This document shows positions 22,771-35,794 of a stretch of 41,262 bases of DNA, in pieces (within the stretch, counting starts at the first letter, position 1; each line of letters opens with the position of its first letter). Location of the stretch: positions 1 through 41,262 of the forward strand of contig MU057446.1 in assembly GCA_013265495.1 (NCBI GenBank). Reading direction: 5' to 3'. The notes beneath the pieces were generated by a model, which saw only the letters and a program-made list of their open reading frames with translations, did no database searches and was not told the origin of the DNA. A program made the position numbers and the translations under genes. Source of the DNA: Vicugna vicugna. Its lineage: Eukaryota.

Positions 22771-23944
22771 GATACATCCTTTAGCTCTGGGCCTTGGATG
22801 AAGCAGGCACTGAATATATGTGTGTTAGGCCCCATGGTGGGCATGCTTAAAGCAGCTTTTTTGTTGTTCATATAAAGCTACAATTTTAATTCCTCTGCCC
22901 TTCCTTCCTGCTTACTTCATTGTTGTTGTCAAATTTTATTGTAAGGCGTTATCACAATGATTCTAGTACCATCAATAAGAGGAAGGTTGTCTGGGGAAAT
23001 ATGCTGTGATTTTATAATCCACGTAAAACTTGATCTGTATTTAGCTCGGTGATAACTAGATTAATTGAGAACAAGGTCCATCTTTCCTGTCTCTCCACAC
23101 CCATCAGCTTCACTGTGGAATATCTTGTCCCTCACTTCCTTATTAATTGGTTCACATTTCACGTTGACGCTAATTCCTGTCTAAAGACCAAGGAACTGGA
23201 ATAGTCATCCTAACCTGAGAAAATCAGGACAGGTTTCACCATTACTCAGTATCATAGAATGTGGGACCTGGAAAAATTTTCAGTGAGATCATCTAGGCAA
23301 CAGTTTACAAATCTTGCCCTTGGAGAATGACTGGTCCAGAAGAGGCCATTACTGGGCTGAGGCCAAATATATGAAGTATGTGGAGAGTTTTTCAAAAAAC
23401 TAAATTGAGTCCATTTAAATACAATCTCATTATTATGAGATAATGTGCTTTCTACTCCTTTTAGTTATAAAAATGTCCCTTATTTTATAAAACAATAGTA
23501 ATAGCAGGTGGCAGTTTTCTTTATTTTTTTAATACCAATGATGCTTTGTCAGCAAGCACCTCTGGGTCAGGCCCTTCCGCATCATTAGTTTGAGACACAT
23601 CACTAGCTTTGTAAAATCTTTAAGTCTGGGAACCACTAGCATGGTCCAGTCCTGGATCTTACAAAAGAGAAAACTGAGGCCCATGGAGGATGTAGGCTGT
23701 TACTTTTCCCAAAATTTCCCAGTGTCACTGGTTGTACTTTGCCAGACAGAAGCATTGTCGTGCAGTGGGATAGAAGAGGGCAGGTTTTAGAGACAGATTT
23801 GGATACAAGTCCAGGGCCCCAATGAATTGCTCACTAGGATAGAGCCTTGACAAAGTATGCCATCCCTAAATCTTGTTAGTCATTGGTTTTTTCCCATTTT
23901 GAAGACGAGGTTTGTGTCAAGTATAAAAAGGAAGTCCCCTTCAA

Positions 23945-24060
23945 GTGGTTGAATCTGGCTGGTCTCAGACTGCCCCTCATAGCAACACGCAAAGCTTGGA
24001 AGCAGTGGAGCAATATTTATAAGGTTATTCTCTTAATCATGAAAGCAATAGGCAGAGATT
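23945..24060 (+). mobile_element. Ancient L1 ORF1-like fragment
   Basis: tcagactgcccctcatagcaacacgcaaagcttggaagcagtggagcaatatttataagg translates to ATRKAWKQWSNIYKV, similar to the L1 ORF1 ARRQW motif. Confidence 0.45.
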
Positions 24061-25017
24061 GTCCAAAAGAAAAGATTTCAAGGAACCCAGCACCCAAGAA
24101 AAACCACTCCATCGTGAAGTCCTGCCAACCAAGAGGAGGAATCAAAACACTGAATTTGGAAATGGAGAAGCCATGAACGATATGTATTGGATCTGATTAG
24201 ACAGAGAATTAAGATATAGAATTAAGAAAATGAAAGAATTAAGACCTGGAAATAGAATATAAATGTTACAAAACCCTGACAAACTAGAAATAAGAAAAAG
24301 AGGAGGAGTGGGAGAATAAGATGCTCTTTCTCTTGTTTTCATAATGGCTAGATCAATCCATAGTTTAAAGTTAGTAAGTCTTTTAAAACAGCATAGCTTA
24401 TTATAGTTTTCACAATGTTTTTTTCTTCATCTTGGAGGAGTGTCCTTGGAACTATTATCTCTTGTACAAAAACACATTTTCTCAAAGTTCAGCAATCATT
24501 TCGTTTTCACTTCAATTGATTTTTTCCTTAAGTCAAATTGAAAACTAAATGTCATATACAATTGAAAAGGTGTCTATATTATGACCTCACACTTGTAAAA
24601 TCACACCTACCCACTGTCTCCCTCCATCTGTTCTCCCTCTCCCACTGTCAGTCTACACGCACGGAGAGCGATGTCTCACGGGGCGTCCTCTAAATGATAA
24701 CACTGGTTACTGGACTGTGGGTACTTTTCCTTTCTTCTTCATGCTTTTCCACGTTGCTTAAATTTATTTTAACAAGCATGACTCATTTAATAAAAACAAT
24801 AAAATTATTAATTTAAAAAATAAAATGAGGACATCAATGTGTAACTTTCAGATTGTTGAAAGAAAGTGTGTGTGTGTAGTGGTGTATGTGTGTGTGAGGA
24901 AGTTACACCGTGCACAGTTCCTGGCATGTCGGCGGCGCTCAGTAGATGCTAGGTGCTGTTGTTACTGCTTTCTTTGGGAGAGATGAAGAGCCTTAAATCT
25001 CGACTGTAATATTCTCC

Positions 25018-25450
25018 TGTATTAGCTGAGGTTCTTAGCTGCAGAGATGAGCATCCCCTCTGTTTGGTTTATTAAAGGATATCAGGTGACTCACCGAATC
25101 TCCCAGAGGGGAGCAATGGCCTAATCACGCTGCAGGAGTGAGCACCCGGAAAGACAGCCCCTCTGCCGCACTGCTCCGCACGGACCCCACAGCTCCCACC
25201 GCTGGCCCCAGCACGATGCTGGCACCTTGTTTCTGCCTGTGACAGCCAGGAAAGTAGACTCCACCTGGTGCTGCCTCCATTCATTTCCTCTTCTATATAC
25301 CAGGTCTGTATAGGTACCTGTGGTTTATGGTGCGGAGTCACAGACCTACACCCCAGAGACAAGAGAGGCTGCGAAAGCAAGGTCTTGGCTTCTGCCTTGG
25401 AGAGGCAGGCCTCGCAGGGAGATCCCTGGTGCAGGAAGGGTGGTCCAAGA
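25018..25450 (-). mobile_element. Old MLT1 (MaLR) LTR
   Basis: Begins tgtattagctgaggttcttagctgca...ttattaaaggatatcaggtgactcaccgaatc. Confidence 0.55.
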
Positions 25451-25619
25451 AGCTGAGCCGCCTCACACAGGGCATCACTATCAACTGCACCGTCTGAGTA
25501 TCCCTTACAAAGCATGGTGATCCAAAGGCCAAAAGATTTCAAGAGCTCTTGAAAGTTGTGGTAAATTGGCTCCTTACTCATTCAAAAGTTTTCCCAATTC
25601 ATTGAAATATTTTTATGTA

Positions 25620-25971
25620 CAGGAGGCCCTTTGTATCCATGGATTCCATATCTGGGAATTCAACCCACTGTGGATCAAATATGTTAAAAAAGAAAAAATT
25701 CCAGAAAGTTCCAAAGAGTAAAACTTGAATTTGCCACTCACTAACAACTATTTGTGTGGCATTTACATTGTATTTACAGCTATTTTCATAGTGTTTACAT
25801 TGTATTAGGTATTATAAGTAATCTAGAGGTGATTTAAAGTATATGGGAGGATATGCAAATACTACTTTCTTTTATATAAGGAACTTGTGCATTCTAGGAC
25901 TTTGGTACCTGTGGGGGATTGGGGGGGGAGTCTCACACACTCCCCCCCCCCCAGATACCAGGGGACCACTA
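25620..25971. mobile_element. Tigger-family MITE (MER2/Tigger3-like)
   Basis: Imperfect terminal inverted repeats (caggaggccctttgtatc / gataccaggggaccacta) flanked by TA on both sides. Confidence 0.8.
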
Positions 25972-26384
25972 TAAAATTCTAAAAACTCAGAGAAGGGACC
26001 CCTTATCCAATGTAAATGGTGTTATCAGAGACCTCTCAATTCTTAGGTGAAAAATTGATAGATTTGTTATAAAAATATAAGCTGTGTATAAAGAACATAT
26101 TAAAAAGCAAACAATAAACTAAGGATTTACAGCAGATATGACAGAAGGAAAGTTAATATACCTTGATGTTCCAAAACTCATACAGATTAATTTAAAAAAT
26201 AATCCCACTGAGAACCCAAGAGATACATGGGCAGAGAACATGCACAGATGATTGACAAGGGAGAAGGTACAAAAAGACACATGGGATGAAAGATACTAAC
26301 GCTCACTCATGGCTGGAGAGGAAGGGAGACTACCACTGCCAGGGTAGGGGGGGCGGCAAGCATCCCACATGCATTTTTATTTCA

Positions 26385-26550
26385 TCACAACCACGGTCAC
26401 ATTAGGTACCATAATTTCCATGTTATAAATGAGGAAACTTGAGGTTCTGAAGGGTGGGATAGCTTGTTGATCAATGTCAACTGGCAAAGCTGAAGCTGAA
26501 CCCACGGCTGTCAGTCTCCAAGGACCAGTGTCATTCCACTCCCCAAGCTG
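26385..26550 (-). mobile_element. MIR SINE
   Basis: ccatgttataaatgaggaaacttgaggttct...tgaacccacggctgtc. Confidence 0.65.
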
Positions 26551-26689
26551 CCTCTCTAGTGATTGGTGTGATTTTTTGCCTATTAGGTTATGAAGACCCA
26601 GTGCTGATGAAAGTGTAGTGGAAGAGTCCAGCTCATGAGAGGTTATGGGTGGGTGAGTAAATAAATAAAACCCTTTAAAATCTGTCAAG

Positions 26690-27250
26690 ACTTAACTAAG
26701 AGCCATAAAAATGCTGATTTCCATTGATCCAGTCATTCCACATTGAGGGAATCTTGTCTTAGGGAATAATTCAGTATATGGAAAGAGTTATTGGCAAAAA
26801 GATTTTGTCAAGGATTTATGAGTAAACAATTGGAAACAAACTAAATGTCCAGAAATTGTCTACTTGATAAATGTTTATTTTCCAATTAATAGAACATTAC
26901 ATAGCTAATATAAATATTTGTTATAAATATTAGGAAGTAAAACGGGAAAAATTATTTCATACAGTTTTTAAAATAAACCTGATCCCCCTTGATATCAGGA
27001 TAAGAAGTGGAAAAATGAAGGAGGTTTCACTTTTTATATTTCTGTATTCTTGGAAATTTTGTCAAATATTTTATAATTTAAAAAAATAAGGAAAAGTATA
27101 TAAATAAATATACCAAAATATCAACAATAGTAGGGTAGAAGGACAATGGAGGTTTTCCCTCCTTATTTTATTTTCAAACTTTCTTTTTAATATATTACTA
27201 ATGCTATAGTTTTATATTAGAAAAATATATCATTCTGAAATTAAAACATG
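26690..27250 (+). mobile_element. Ancient L1ME-like AT-rich 3' fragment (a related piece lies at about 26050-26310)
   Basis: ttgatccagtcattccacatt...aattggaaacaaactaaatgtcca. Confidence 0.5.
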
Positions 27251-28394
27251 GTTCCAGTAAGAAAAATAACCATACTTGCCATTTATTGTCTCTGGAAGGA
27301 GGTCATTGTCTCTCTATCACAGGTGAATAAACTGAACCTCCAGGAGGCTGAGTAATTTGCCAGCCACTCAGAGTTGAGCCTTGAATTAAGCCTTGACCTG
27401 TCTGACTCCTACCTTTGTGTGCTTTCAGTCTGCGCTCAGGGCCCACATCAGTGGAGCTCTGGACCTGAAGGAAGCCCTTGAGTGATGAAGACCTATAATT
27501 CAGCTTCCTGGAAATAGATGACATGGGGTGATGGAGGAAAATTATCAAAATTGGTATTGACCTGGACATGAAAGAAAAATAATATGTCAGAAATGAGAGG
27601 AAGTAGGGTATTCAGGATTTCTGAAGCAGGTGGTTATCATAGGAGAAGGAAGATCTAGGGGAACTTCTCCAAATGAAGCAGATGTGTCCAGTGGCGTCCT
27701 TCTTTGTGGTAATTATCAGTACTAAAAGTAGAACAAATACAGCTGGATAACAGAGATGTTTCAGGACATCAGAGAGGAGATCTTTTGCTTTAAAAAAATA
27801 TTAAATACGAATTAAAACAGTGCTAGGAAATGCAAAATATAGAATCCCAGAATCTCAGGTTTGGGAGAGATTTTAGCCATTGTGTATTCCAGTTAAATTC
27901 CCTCTCATCTGAGTAGATGTACCAGGAACAGGGACACATGTGTTTGAGGAAGCCCTCTGCATATCTCAATAACTCCAATTGTTAGAAAGTTCCTCCTGAC
28001 TTTCACCCCATTTACTTCCCTCTTCTTGGATGAGAGAGACCTCTTGGGAGTGGCAAGGGGCTTGGAAGGGTGGAGGAACTGGATTTAGGTTAGGGCTGTA
28101 TGGGGACAGATTTGAGCAAAGCTGAGCAGCAGAGAGGAGGGAGGTGAGGCTGGTGGGGGGAGTCTGTTTGAAGGCAGGGTGGGCTCCAGGTGCAGAGACA
28201 CCAGGGGACACAGGCTCTTCTGCTCTGCCTGAGTCATAGCCAACACCCGGGAAGACCTGGGAAATGTGTGAGGAGGAAGAGGCTCCTGCTCACCTCTGCA
28301 GCCTTCTCTGCAGCCATCCTTACAGGAGTGGTGAGGGAGAGGGGAGGGCAGAGGCTGACGAGATAGTGGGACAGGGGAGATGACCCTGGCCACT

Positions 28395-28650
28395 CATGCA
28401 GACTTCCTGGGTTCACATCCCCACTTACTAGCTCTGTGACCAAGTTATTTTTTTTTTAATTGAAGTAGATTTACAATGTTGTGTTAGTTTCAAGTCCTGG
28501 ACAATTATTTTTAATTGCTCTATGCTTTAGTTTCCTCAGGTAGAATAATAACACTCTACCTCTTAGAGTTGTCTTGAGAATTAAATGGGTCAGTATCTAT
28601 AAAACACACTAGCAATTTACACAGAGTAACTTCAGTGTAAGTGTTTGTGA
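28395..28650 (+). mobile_element. MIR SINE interrupted by a ~50-bp antisense L1 3' tip (about 28447-28495)
   Basis: cctgggttcacatcc...cacttactagctctgtgac, then T-run + aattgaagtagatttacaatgttgtgttagtttca, then MIR resumes (gagttgtcttgagaattaaatg). Confidence 0.65.
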
Positions 28651-28819
28651 AACGTAAGACATTTTGGAATTGAAACTGAAAATTTCTGTGAAACCATGAT
28701 TTGGATTTCACAATTTATATAGCTGACTTCCTTGTTACTTTTTAAAAATATTACTGATAATCTCTTTAATTATGAAAGAAGTTGAGAGTCACATAATGAG
28801 AGAGGCATTCTAATATAAA

Positions 28820-29015
28820 GATGTTGAGAGGGTAAATCTTCAAAGTTCTCATCCCAAGAAAAAAATATTCTTTTGGAGCTATATGTGGTGACAGATATTA
28901 ACTAAATTTATTGTAATAATCATCTGACAATATAAAAATATATCAAATCATTATGTTGTATACCAAAAACTAAAACAATGTTACATGTCAATTATGTCTC
29001 AATTGGAAAGAGAAA
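28820..29015 (+). mobile_element. L1MA-like 3' end
   Basis: atatcaaatcattatgttgtatacc...acaatgttacatgtcaattatgtctcaatt. Confidence 0.75.
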
Positions 29016-29374
29016 AAACAAGGTCTTCTCCTGAAAGAGAAAGAAAGTGTGTGGTGGGGTTGAACAGCAGGGAGGAGGAAAAAAACCGGGAATTAGCTGT
29101 TTGGGAACGTGGGAGGAAGCTGATTCAGGACATGGAGTATGTTGGACAGAGGCTGAGAACGGTGGGCTTGTGGTAGCAGCAACCCCGACATAAGATAATT
29201 GTCTTCCAGCAGGTCTCAGCAGTAGGTATTAGAGCAGAGAAGGGGGCCAGACTTGAGGTTTTGGCAGGTGCACCAGGTGGGAGGATGCTGGCTGGAAGAC
29301 TTTACTCAGAGTGATGCCTGTGGGTTTGGACTGAGAAGAAGGAAGGGCTGGGTGATGATGAAAAGTCAACAAAT

Positions 29375-29770
29375 ATTAATATCTTTAATCCATAAAATAG
29401 AGAAATAACTCATACACTTTCATTAGAACATGATGAATAAACTTTCCCTTGAAACAGTAGATAAGAATCATGAACAGGAATTACACATAACCGAACAAAT
29501 ATATCGAGAATGCTCTATCTCATTAGTAGTCAAAGAAATGAGAATTTAAATCCTGGGCTATCATTTCTCACCTATCATTATGGCAAAAAAGCTCTACTTT
29601 TTAAAAACGAAAATACTTTATGCCAATGGATGAAAGGAAAACCACAGAGGAGTAAATTAATATGAATCTTTAAGAAGATAACTTAGCAACAATTTCTAGA
29701 AGCCTTAAAATGTTTACCCTTTGAATTAGTAATTTTACTCCCCTGAACTTATACTAAGGAAACAATACAA
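29375..29770 (+). mobile_element. Ancient L1ME-like fragment
   Basis: atgctctatctcattagtagtcaaagaaatg...tatcatttctcacctatca. Confidence 0.5.
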
Positions 29771-30519
29771 AACAAAACCAAAAAACAAGAGAGGCACAGC
29801 CTTCTCCCTCCCCTGCCCCCCAGCACTAGGCTTGTATCTAAGAAACTAAGTCAGTTAACCTTCAGGATAATGGAATTTTGAGACTATTAATGTCCCCTGA
29901 AGCTCTCTGTCCCCTGATTGAGGGATATAGAATAAAGCAAGCTTAGTCAGCCTACTTCTCTACAGAGGCAGGTAGGTCAAATCCTCCTAACTTCACTACT
30001 ACTGCTTCCTGCATTTCTATTATTCTTAAGTTTCTATTATTAGCATCTTGGTTATCACCCACTAGACTGTGAACTCCTCAAGGGCGGGACCACAGTCTTG
30101 TCTTTGCTCTGTGTCCATCTCTATTCCTTGTGACAAACATTCACATAGGGGATGTGTCACGGTTATTTGGCTGTCATTTGGGCTGCTCCCCACTCCCTAA
30201 GCCTCATTCTCTACCTTGTTTAGTCTGTGCATTTGTGAAATTGGCCTCTTTGTTTACCTGATTCATTCTTGAATGTCCCCGTGTCTGTGCCAACTAGTTG
30301 GCGATTCAGGGGTGCTATACTTATTAAAGGACTCTTGTGTCATGTCCCTTAAAGCAAAGTTCAGAGTCCATGCCGCTCTGGGCCTATCAGCAGTATCTTT
30401 CCATAGCTATTACTAACAGAGGGAGGTGGTAGTTTGTGGGTAATAAAACATGGTGGGGAATGAGTTGACTCGTAGAAATTTAAAACTGGAGAGGAGCTCA
30501 GGAAAGGGGGGTATCCCTC

Positions 30520-30660
30520 CACCCCAACTCTGATTTTATAAATAAGGAAACTGAGGCCCAGAGAGAGGACGTTTTCCCAAGGTGATGTAGCTGATTCATG
30601 AAAGGGTTGGGCTAAGGGTCCAGGTCTAGACATCCGGCTTCTCATGTGTCCCAGGGCACA
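30520..30660 (-). mobile_element. MIR SINE
   Basis: attttataaataaggaaactgaggcccagagagagg...cccaaggt. Confidence 0.65.
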
Positions 30661-31627
30661 TGCTGTCATCAAAATATGTGTCATAAGAGCATGTGAGCTA
30701 CAGAAGGTACGTGAGACGGCGAGGCCAGCAGCCTAGCCATGGTGACTGAGAGGCAGAGCTCCCTAACGGAGGCCAGAGTCACCAGAGATTCTGTGGGAAG
30801 GCTTAGAGGAGAGCAGGGGTGGGGATGTGGGGCAAGCCTGGACAGGCGTCTGGATGAAATAAAAACAGAGTGATGTGGTGAGTCAAACATGATCTTTGGA
30901 ACTTGGAATTCAGTCCCTGGGCTGCCACAAATCCCCTTGTTACTTAACTTCTCTAAGATCCAAGTTTTTCATCTGTAAAAGCTTGCCCACAGCACTGACT
31001 TTCAGAATTGAGTTAAAGGAGACAATGAATGTATTGTAATTTCAGCTCAGCACCAGGAAATAACTCTGAAAGATGATGGTTGGTGACATCCTCATGGAGG
31101 TCAAGTCTTGTGGTCCTTCTAGGAGATTCAAAGTGAGCACCCATCCCTCTGTCCATCTTGAAAATGCTTTTGGACATAGACAAGCTCCTACCTTGGTGAG
31201 AGAGGACCTGTCCCCACTGGGCTAACTACACTCATGGCCAATTGCTGGCCAACTACATCCCAGGGCCACAGTCAGTCAGCTGCCAGTTTTTGTAGGACCC
31301 ACAAGCTAAGAGTGATTTTTACATTTAAAAAAACCTAGAAAAAAATCAATAGAAGAATCGTATTTTGCGAAATGTGTAAATCCTGTGGAATCCAAATTTC
31401 AGTGTCACAAATGACGTCTTATTGGGGCACAGCCACCCCATTTGATTGCATGTTGTCTACGGCTGCTTCCATGCTACAGTGGCAGGGTTGAGTATCATAA
31501 CGGATTAGAGGTGACATGACATGACTCTCTTATCACTTCACACTGCTGCTCAGCACACCTCATACCACAGTGATACACTTGTAACTCAACAGTGTTTCAA
31601 ATGCCATGTGTAGTTATCCCATGACAT

Positions 31628-32168
31628 TTTGTGAAATATAGTTAATGTATAGCATTCTGTTAGTTTCAGGTGTACCGCATAATGATTTAACATTTATATA
31701 CATTAGAAAATGATCACCATGATAGGTCTAGCAATCATCTGTCCTCATACAGTGTTATTACAGTGTTATTGGCTGTATTCCTTATGCTGTATGTTACAGT
31801 CTTGTGACATCTTAAAGAACTGGAGTTTTGTACCTCTTAATCCCTTTATCTATTTCCTTCAGCCCCATCTCACTCCCTTTTAGAAACCACCAGTTTATTC
31901 TCTGTATCTATGAGTCTGTTTTCATTTTATTTTTGAATGCTTTGCTTTCTAGATTCCATGCAGGATTTGTCTTTCTCTATCTGGATTATTTCACTTAGCA
32001 TAATACCCTCCAGACCCATCCATGTTGTCACAAATGGCAACATTTCTTTTTTATGGCTGAGTAATATTCTATTGTGTAAATATATCATATCTTCTTTGTC
32101 TATTCATCTATCAATTGGACACTTAGTTTGCTTCTATATCTTGGCTATTGTATAATTCTGCAATGAAA
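31628..32168 (-). mobile_element. L1 3' UTR and ORF2 end (3' part of the nested L1)
   Basis: gttagtttcaggtgtac...ttatttcacttagcataataccctc...ggacacttagtttgcttctatatcttggctattgt. Confidence 0.88.
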
Positions 32169-32170
32169 TT

Positions 32171-33456
32171 TTCTTGTTCCTACTCAATTTAGCCAGACAT
32201 TGTAAACATCACAGCATTTTTGTACTTGGCTCCCGTAGGAACTGTTCAGGACTGAGAATGGGAGGCCCTTCTGCCGCCCACCCACACGCTGGCCTGGTGC
32301 CTGTCCTGCCTGTGTCTCCCACCCAGCAGTTTTGAGCCTCCACCTTAGGGTTTGATTTGCCAGTAAGTCAAGATCTAAACAGTACTTTTAGGCCCTTGGA
32401 CTTAAAGGGCTTCAGCAATGCACACTCATATTCCAGTTGCTTGAGGGGTAATGAAAGTCAGGGGCACAGTATATAGATTACACAGGCCAGAGTCCTTCTG
32501 TCTGGGATATTGAACGTCAGGACAGCTATAAACCCCCAGAGCTGGGCTGTGTGGACGTGAAGCCACATGATGCAAAATGAACATCCGATCAAAAAGATAC
32601 TAGAGAGATGCCAGGAAACAGAAATGTAGGTGATTTTTATTGACCACATAAAAACTTAGAGTAGGCCTGGGCTCTAACAGCTGGTACAAGACACTCCCTG
32701 ACAGTTTCATGGCTGTTTTCTCAGATCATGTCGTCAGGCCTAAGAGTCCACTCAGCTCTCTGAGCCTCAGTGTCCTGATCAGGGAAATGGGGATAATAAG
32801 TATTGCCTCCAAGAGTTGTTGTGAGGACTAAAAGGGGGAATTCAAATGAAAACACTCTGTAAACTACACAGAAACAACACAAATCAGTTCTCTTCAATAG
32901 GGCCCTGTTGTCACCAAAACAAAGACAAACAATTACAGGATTAATGTGTCATTTCAATTCTGACTCACTAGTGACTGGTCCTGAAGATCTTGGACTTGCC
33001 CTCAAAGTGTTCCTGTCATTTCCCCTCCCATCCTTCTCCAGCCTGCACCCCATATCATGACGGAGTTAATGAGCTCAAAATCGTATGCTCTTTATAGCTA
33101 GGAACCAAGACTGTCCTGTTTAACATGATATGCTCAGTGCCTGGCAACTAGTAGACATCACTAAAACAAAGAATAGGTGAGTAAGTGGGTGGACAAATCA
33201 CGCAACAGAAGAAATGATTGAAGTTAAAGTTCCTGGAGATCTACCCCGTCCAGTAGCTGCAGGCTGAGGACTAGCTGGGGGTGGATAAATAGGTAGTTAT
33301 GACATGTACCCAAACAGGGACCCTTAGCAAAGATCTCTTGTAGCAAAGCTCCAGCAGGCATTTGTGAACTAAACACTTTAAAGATGCCCAGAAAGCCTAT
33401 CACCTGGTGAATTATGGGATAATTATACAATGAAATACCACTTAACAAATAAAAGG
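32171..33456 (+). repeat. Local duplication, copy B, sitting inside the L1
   Basis: Aligns to 20688-21958 and is flanked on both sides by minus-strand L1 sequence. Confidence 0.97.
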
Positions 33457-33461
33457 AAAAA

Positions 33462-35700
33462 AACCAACAAATTTCTGTATACTAATTTTGTATCCTGCAA
33501 CTTTACTGAATTTTTTTTTACTAGTTCTAATCATTTTTTACTGGTGATGATAGGATTTTCTTGTATATTATCATGTCATCTACAAAGTGACAATTTTACT
33601 TCTTCCTTTCCAATTTGGATTCATTTTATTTCTTTTTCTTGTCTGATTGCTGTGGCTAAGATTGCCAGTGTTGAATAAAAGTGGAGCGAATAAGCATCTT
33701 TGTCTTACTCCTGAATTTAGAGGAGATGCTTTCAGCTTTTCACCATTGAGTACGATGTTGATTTTAGTTTCGAAAAATACAGCTTATATTGAGTTATGAT
33801 CCCTCTAAAACTACTTGGTTGGGAGCTTTTATCATGAATGGATGTTGAATTTTATCAAAAGTTTTTTCTGCATCTATTGAGATGATCATATGTTTTGTAT
33901 TCTTCAATTTGTTAATGTAGTGTATCATATTGATTTGTGGATATTGAACCATCCTTGCATTCCTGGGATAAATCCCACTTGATCATGGTGTATGATCCTT
34001 TTAAAGTATTGTCAGAGTCAGTTTGCTAATATTTTGTTAAGGATTTTTGCATCTATATTCAGCAGTGATATTCGTCTGTAATTTTCCTTTTTTGTGATAT
34101 CTTTGTCTGATTTTAGCAGTAGGGTGATACTGGCCTCATAGAATGAGTCCACTGCAGTTTTTTGGAATAATTTGAGAAGGATAGGTGCCAAGTCTTTAAA
34201 TGTTTGGTAGGACACACCTGAGAAGCCATCTGGCCCTGGACTTTTGCTTATTGTGAGTTTTCTTTTTTTTAATTATAGATGCTATACCTTTACTGGAATT
34301 GATCTGTTCATTGTTCCTATTTCTTCCTTAGGAGATTGTACATTTCTAGGAACTTGTCCATTTCTTCTAAGTTTTCATTTTATTGGCATATAGTTGTCCA
34401 CAGTAATCTCTAATGATCCTTTGCATTTCTGAAGTGTCAGTTGTAACTTCTCCTTTTTCATTTCTGATTTTACTGATTTGGGCCCTCTCCTTCTTTGATG
34501 AGTCCTACTAAAATTTAATCAATTTTGTTAATCTTTACAGAGAACCAGCTATTAGTTTCATTGACCTTTTCTATTGTCTTTTATGTCTTCATATCATTTA
34601 TTTCCACTCTGATCTTTATTATTTCTTTTCTTGTATTAAACTTGAGTTTTGTTTGTTCTTCTTTTTCTCTTGCTTTAGGTGTAAGGTTAGATTGTTTGAG
34701 ATCTTTTTCCTGAGGTGTGTTTGTATCACTATTAATTTCCCCCTTAGAACTGCTTTTCCTATTTCCATAGATTTTGGATCATTGTGTTTCCATTTTCATT
34801 TGTCTCCAGGTATTTTTTATTTCCTCTTTGATTTCTTCAGTTACCCAATGGTTATTTAGTAGCTCATTGTTTAGGCTCCATGTATTTATGTGTTTTGCAG
34901 TCTTTTTCTTATAGTTGATTTCTAGTCTAATACTTTTGTGGTTAAAAAGATGCTTAATATGATTTTAATCCTCAGTTAATTGGCATTTGTTTTGTGGCCT
35001 AGTGTATATATAAAGTCCATCTGGTCTAATGTGTCATTTAAAGCTAGTGTTTCTTTATTGATTTTCTGTCTAGATCATCTGTCCATTGATGTAAATGTGT
35101 TGTTAAAGTTCCCCCACTATTACTGTGTTACTGTAAATTTCTCTCTTTGAGTTTGTTAATGATTGCTTTATATATTTAGGTACTCCTAGGTTGGGTGCAC
35201 ATATATTTACAATTGTTGTATCTTCTTGTTAGTTTGGTCACTTTATCATTATGTAATGTTCTTTTTTGCCTCTTGTTATACATTTTTTTTTTGAAGTCTA
35301 TTTTGTCTGACATAAGTATTGCTACCCCAGATTTATTTTTGGTTCCATTTGTATGGAATACCTTTTCCATCCCCTTAATTTGTGTGTGTCTTTGAATCTG
35401 AAGAGAGTCACTTGTAGGCAGCATATATACAGATTTTTTTTTCATCCAGTTAGCCACTCTTTGTCTTTTGATTGGAGCACTTAGTCTATTTACATTTAAA
35501 GTAATCATTGATAGGTATGTACTTATTGCCATTTTGTTCATTGTTTTCTTGTTGTTTTGTAGAGGTTTTTTGTTTGTTTGTTTCTTCTTTTGCTCTTTCC
35601 CCTTGTGATTTGAGACTATCTTTAGTGTTATGTGTGAATTCCTATCTCTTTTTTGTGTAAATTATCCATTATAGAGTTTTAGTTTGTGATTACCATGAGG

Positions 35701-35735
<35 letters not shown>

Positions 35736-35756
35736 TACTACTATTACTACTACTAT

Positions 35757-35794
<38 letters not shown>

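Noticed and set aside
25072..25581. 169-aa minus-strand ORF
   Set aside because: It lies largely within an MLT1-like LTR remnant and has no recognisable homology.
25921..25949. Hairpin ggggggggagt-ctcacac-actcccccccc
   Set aside because: It results from homopolymer expansion within the end of a Tigger-type MITE and is too short to support an RNA gene.
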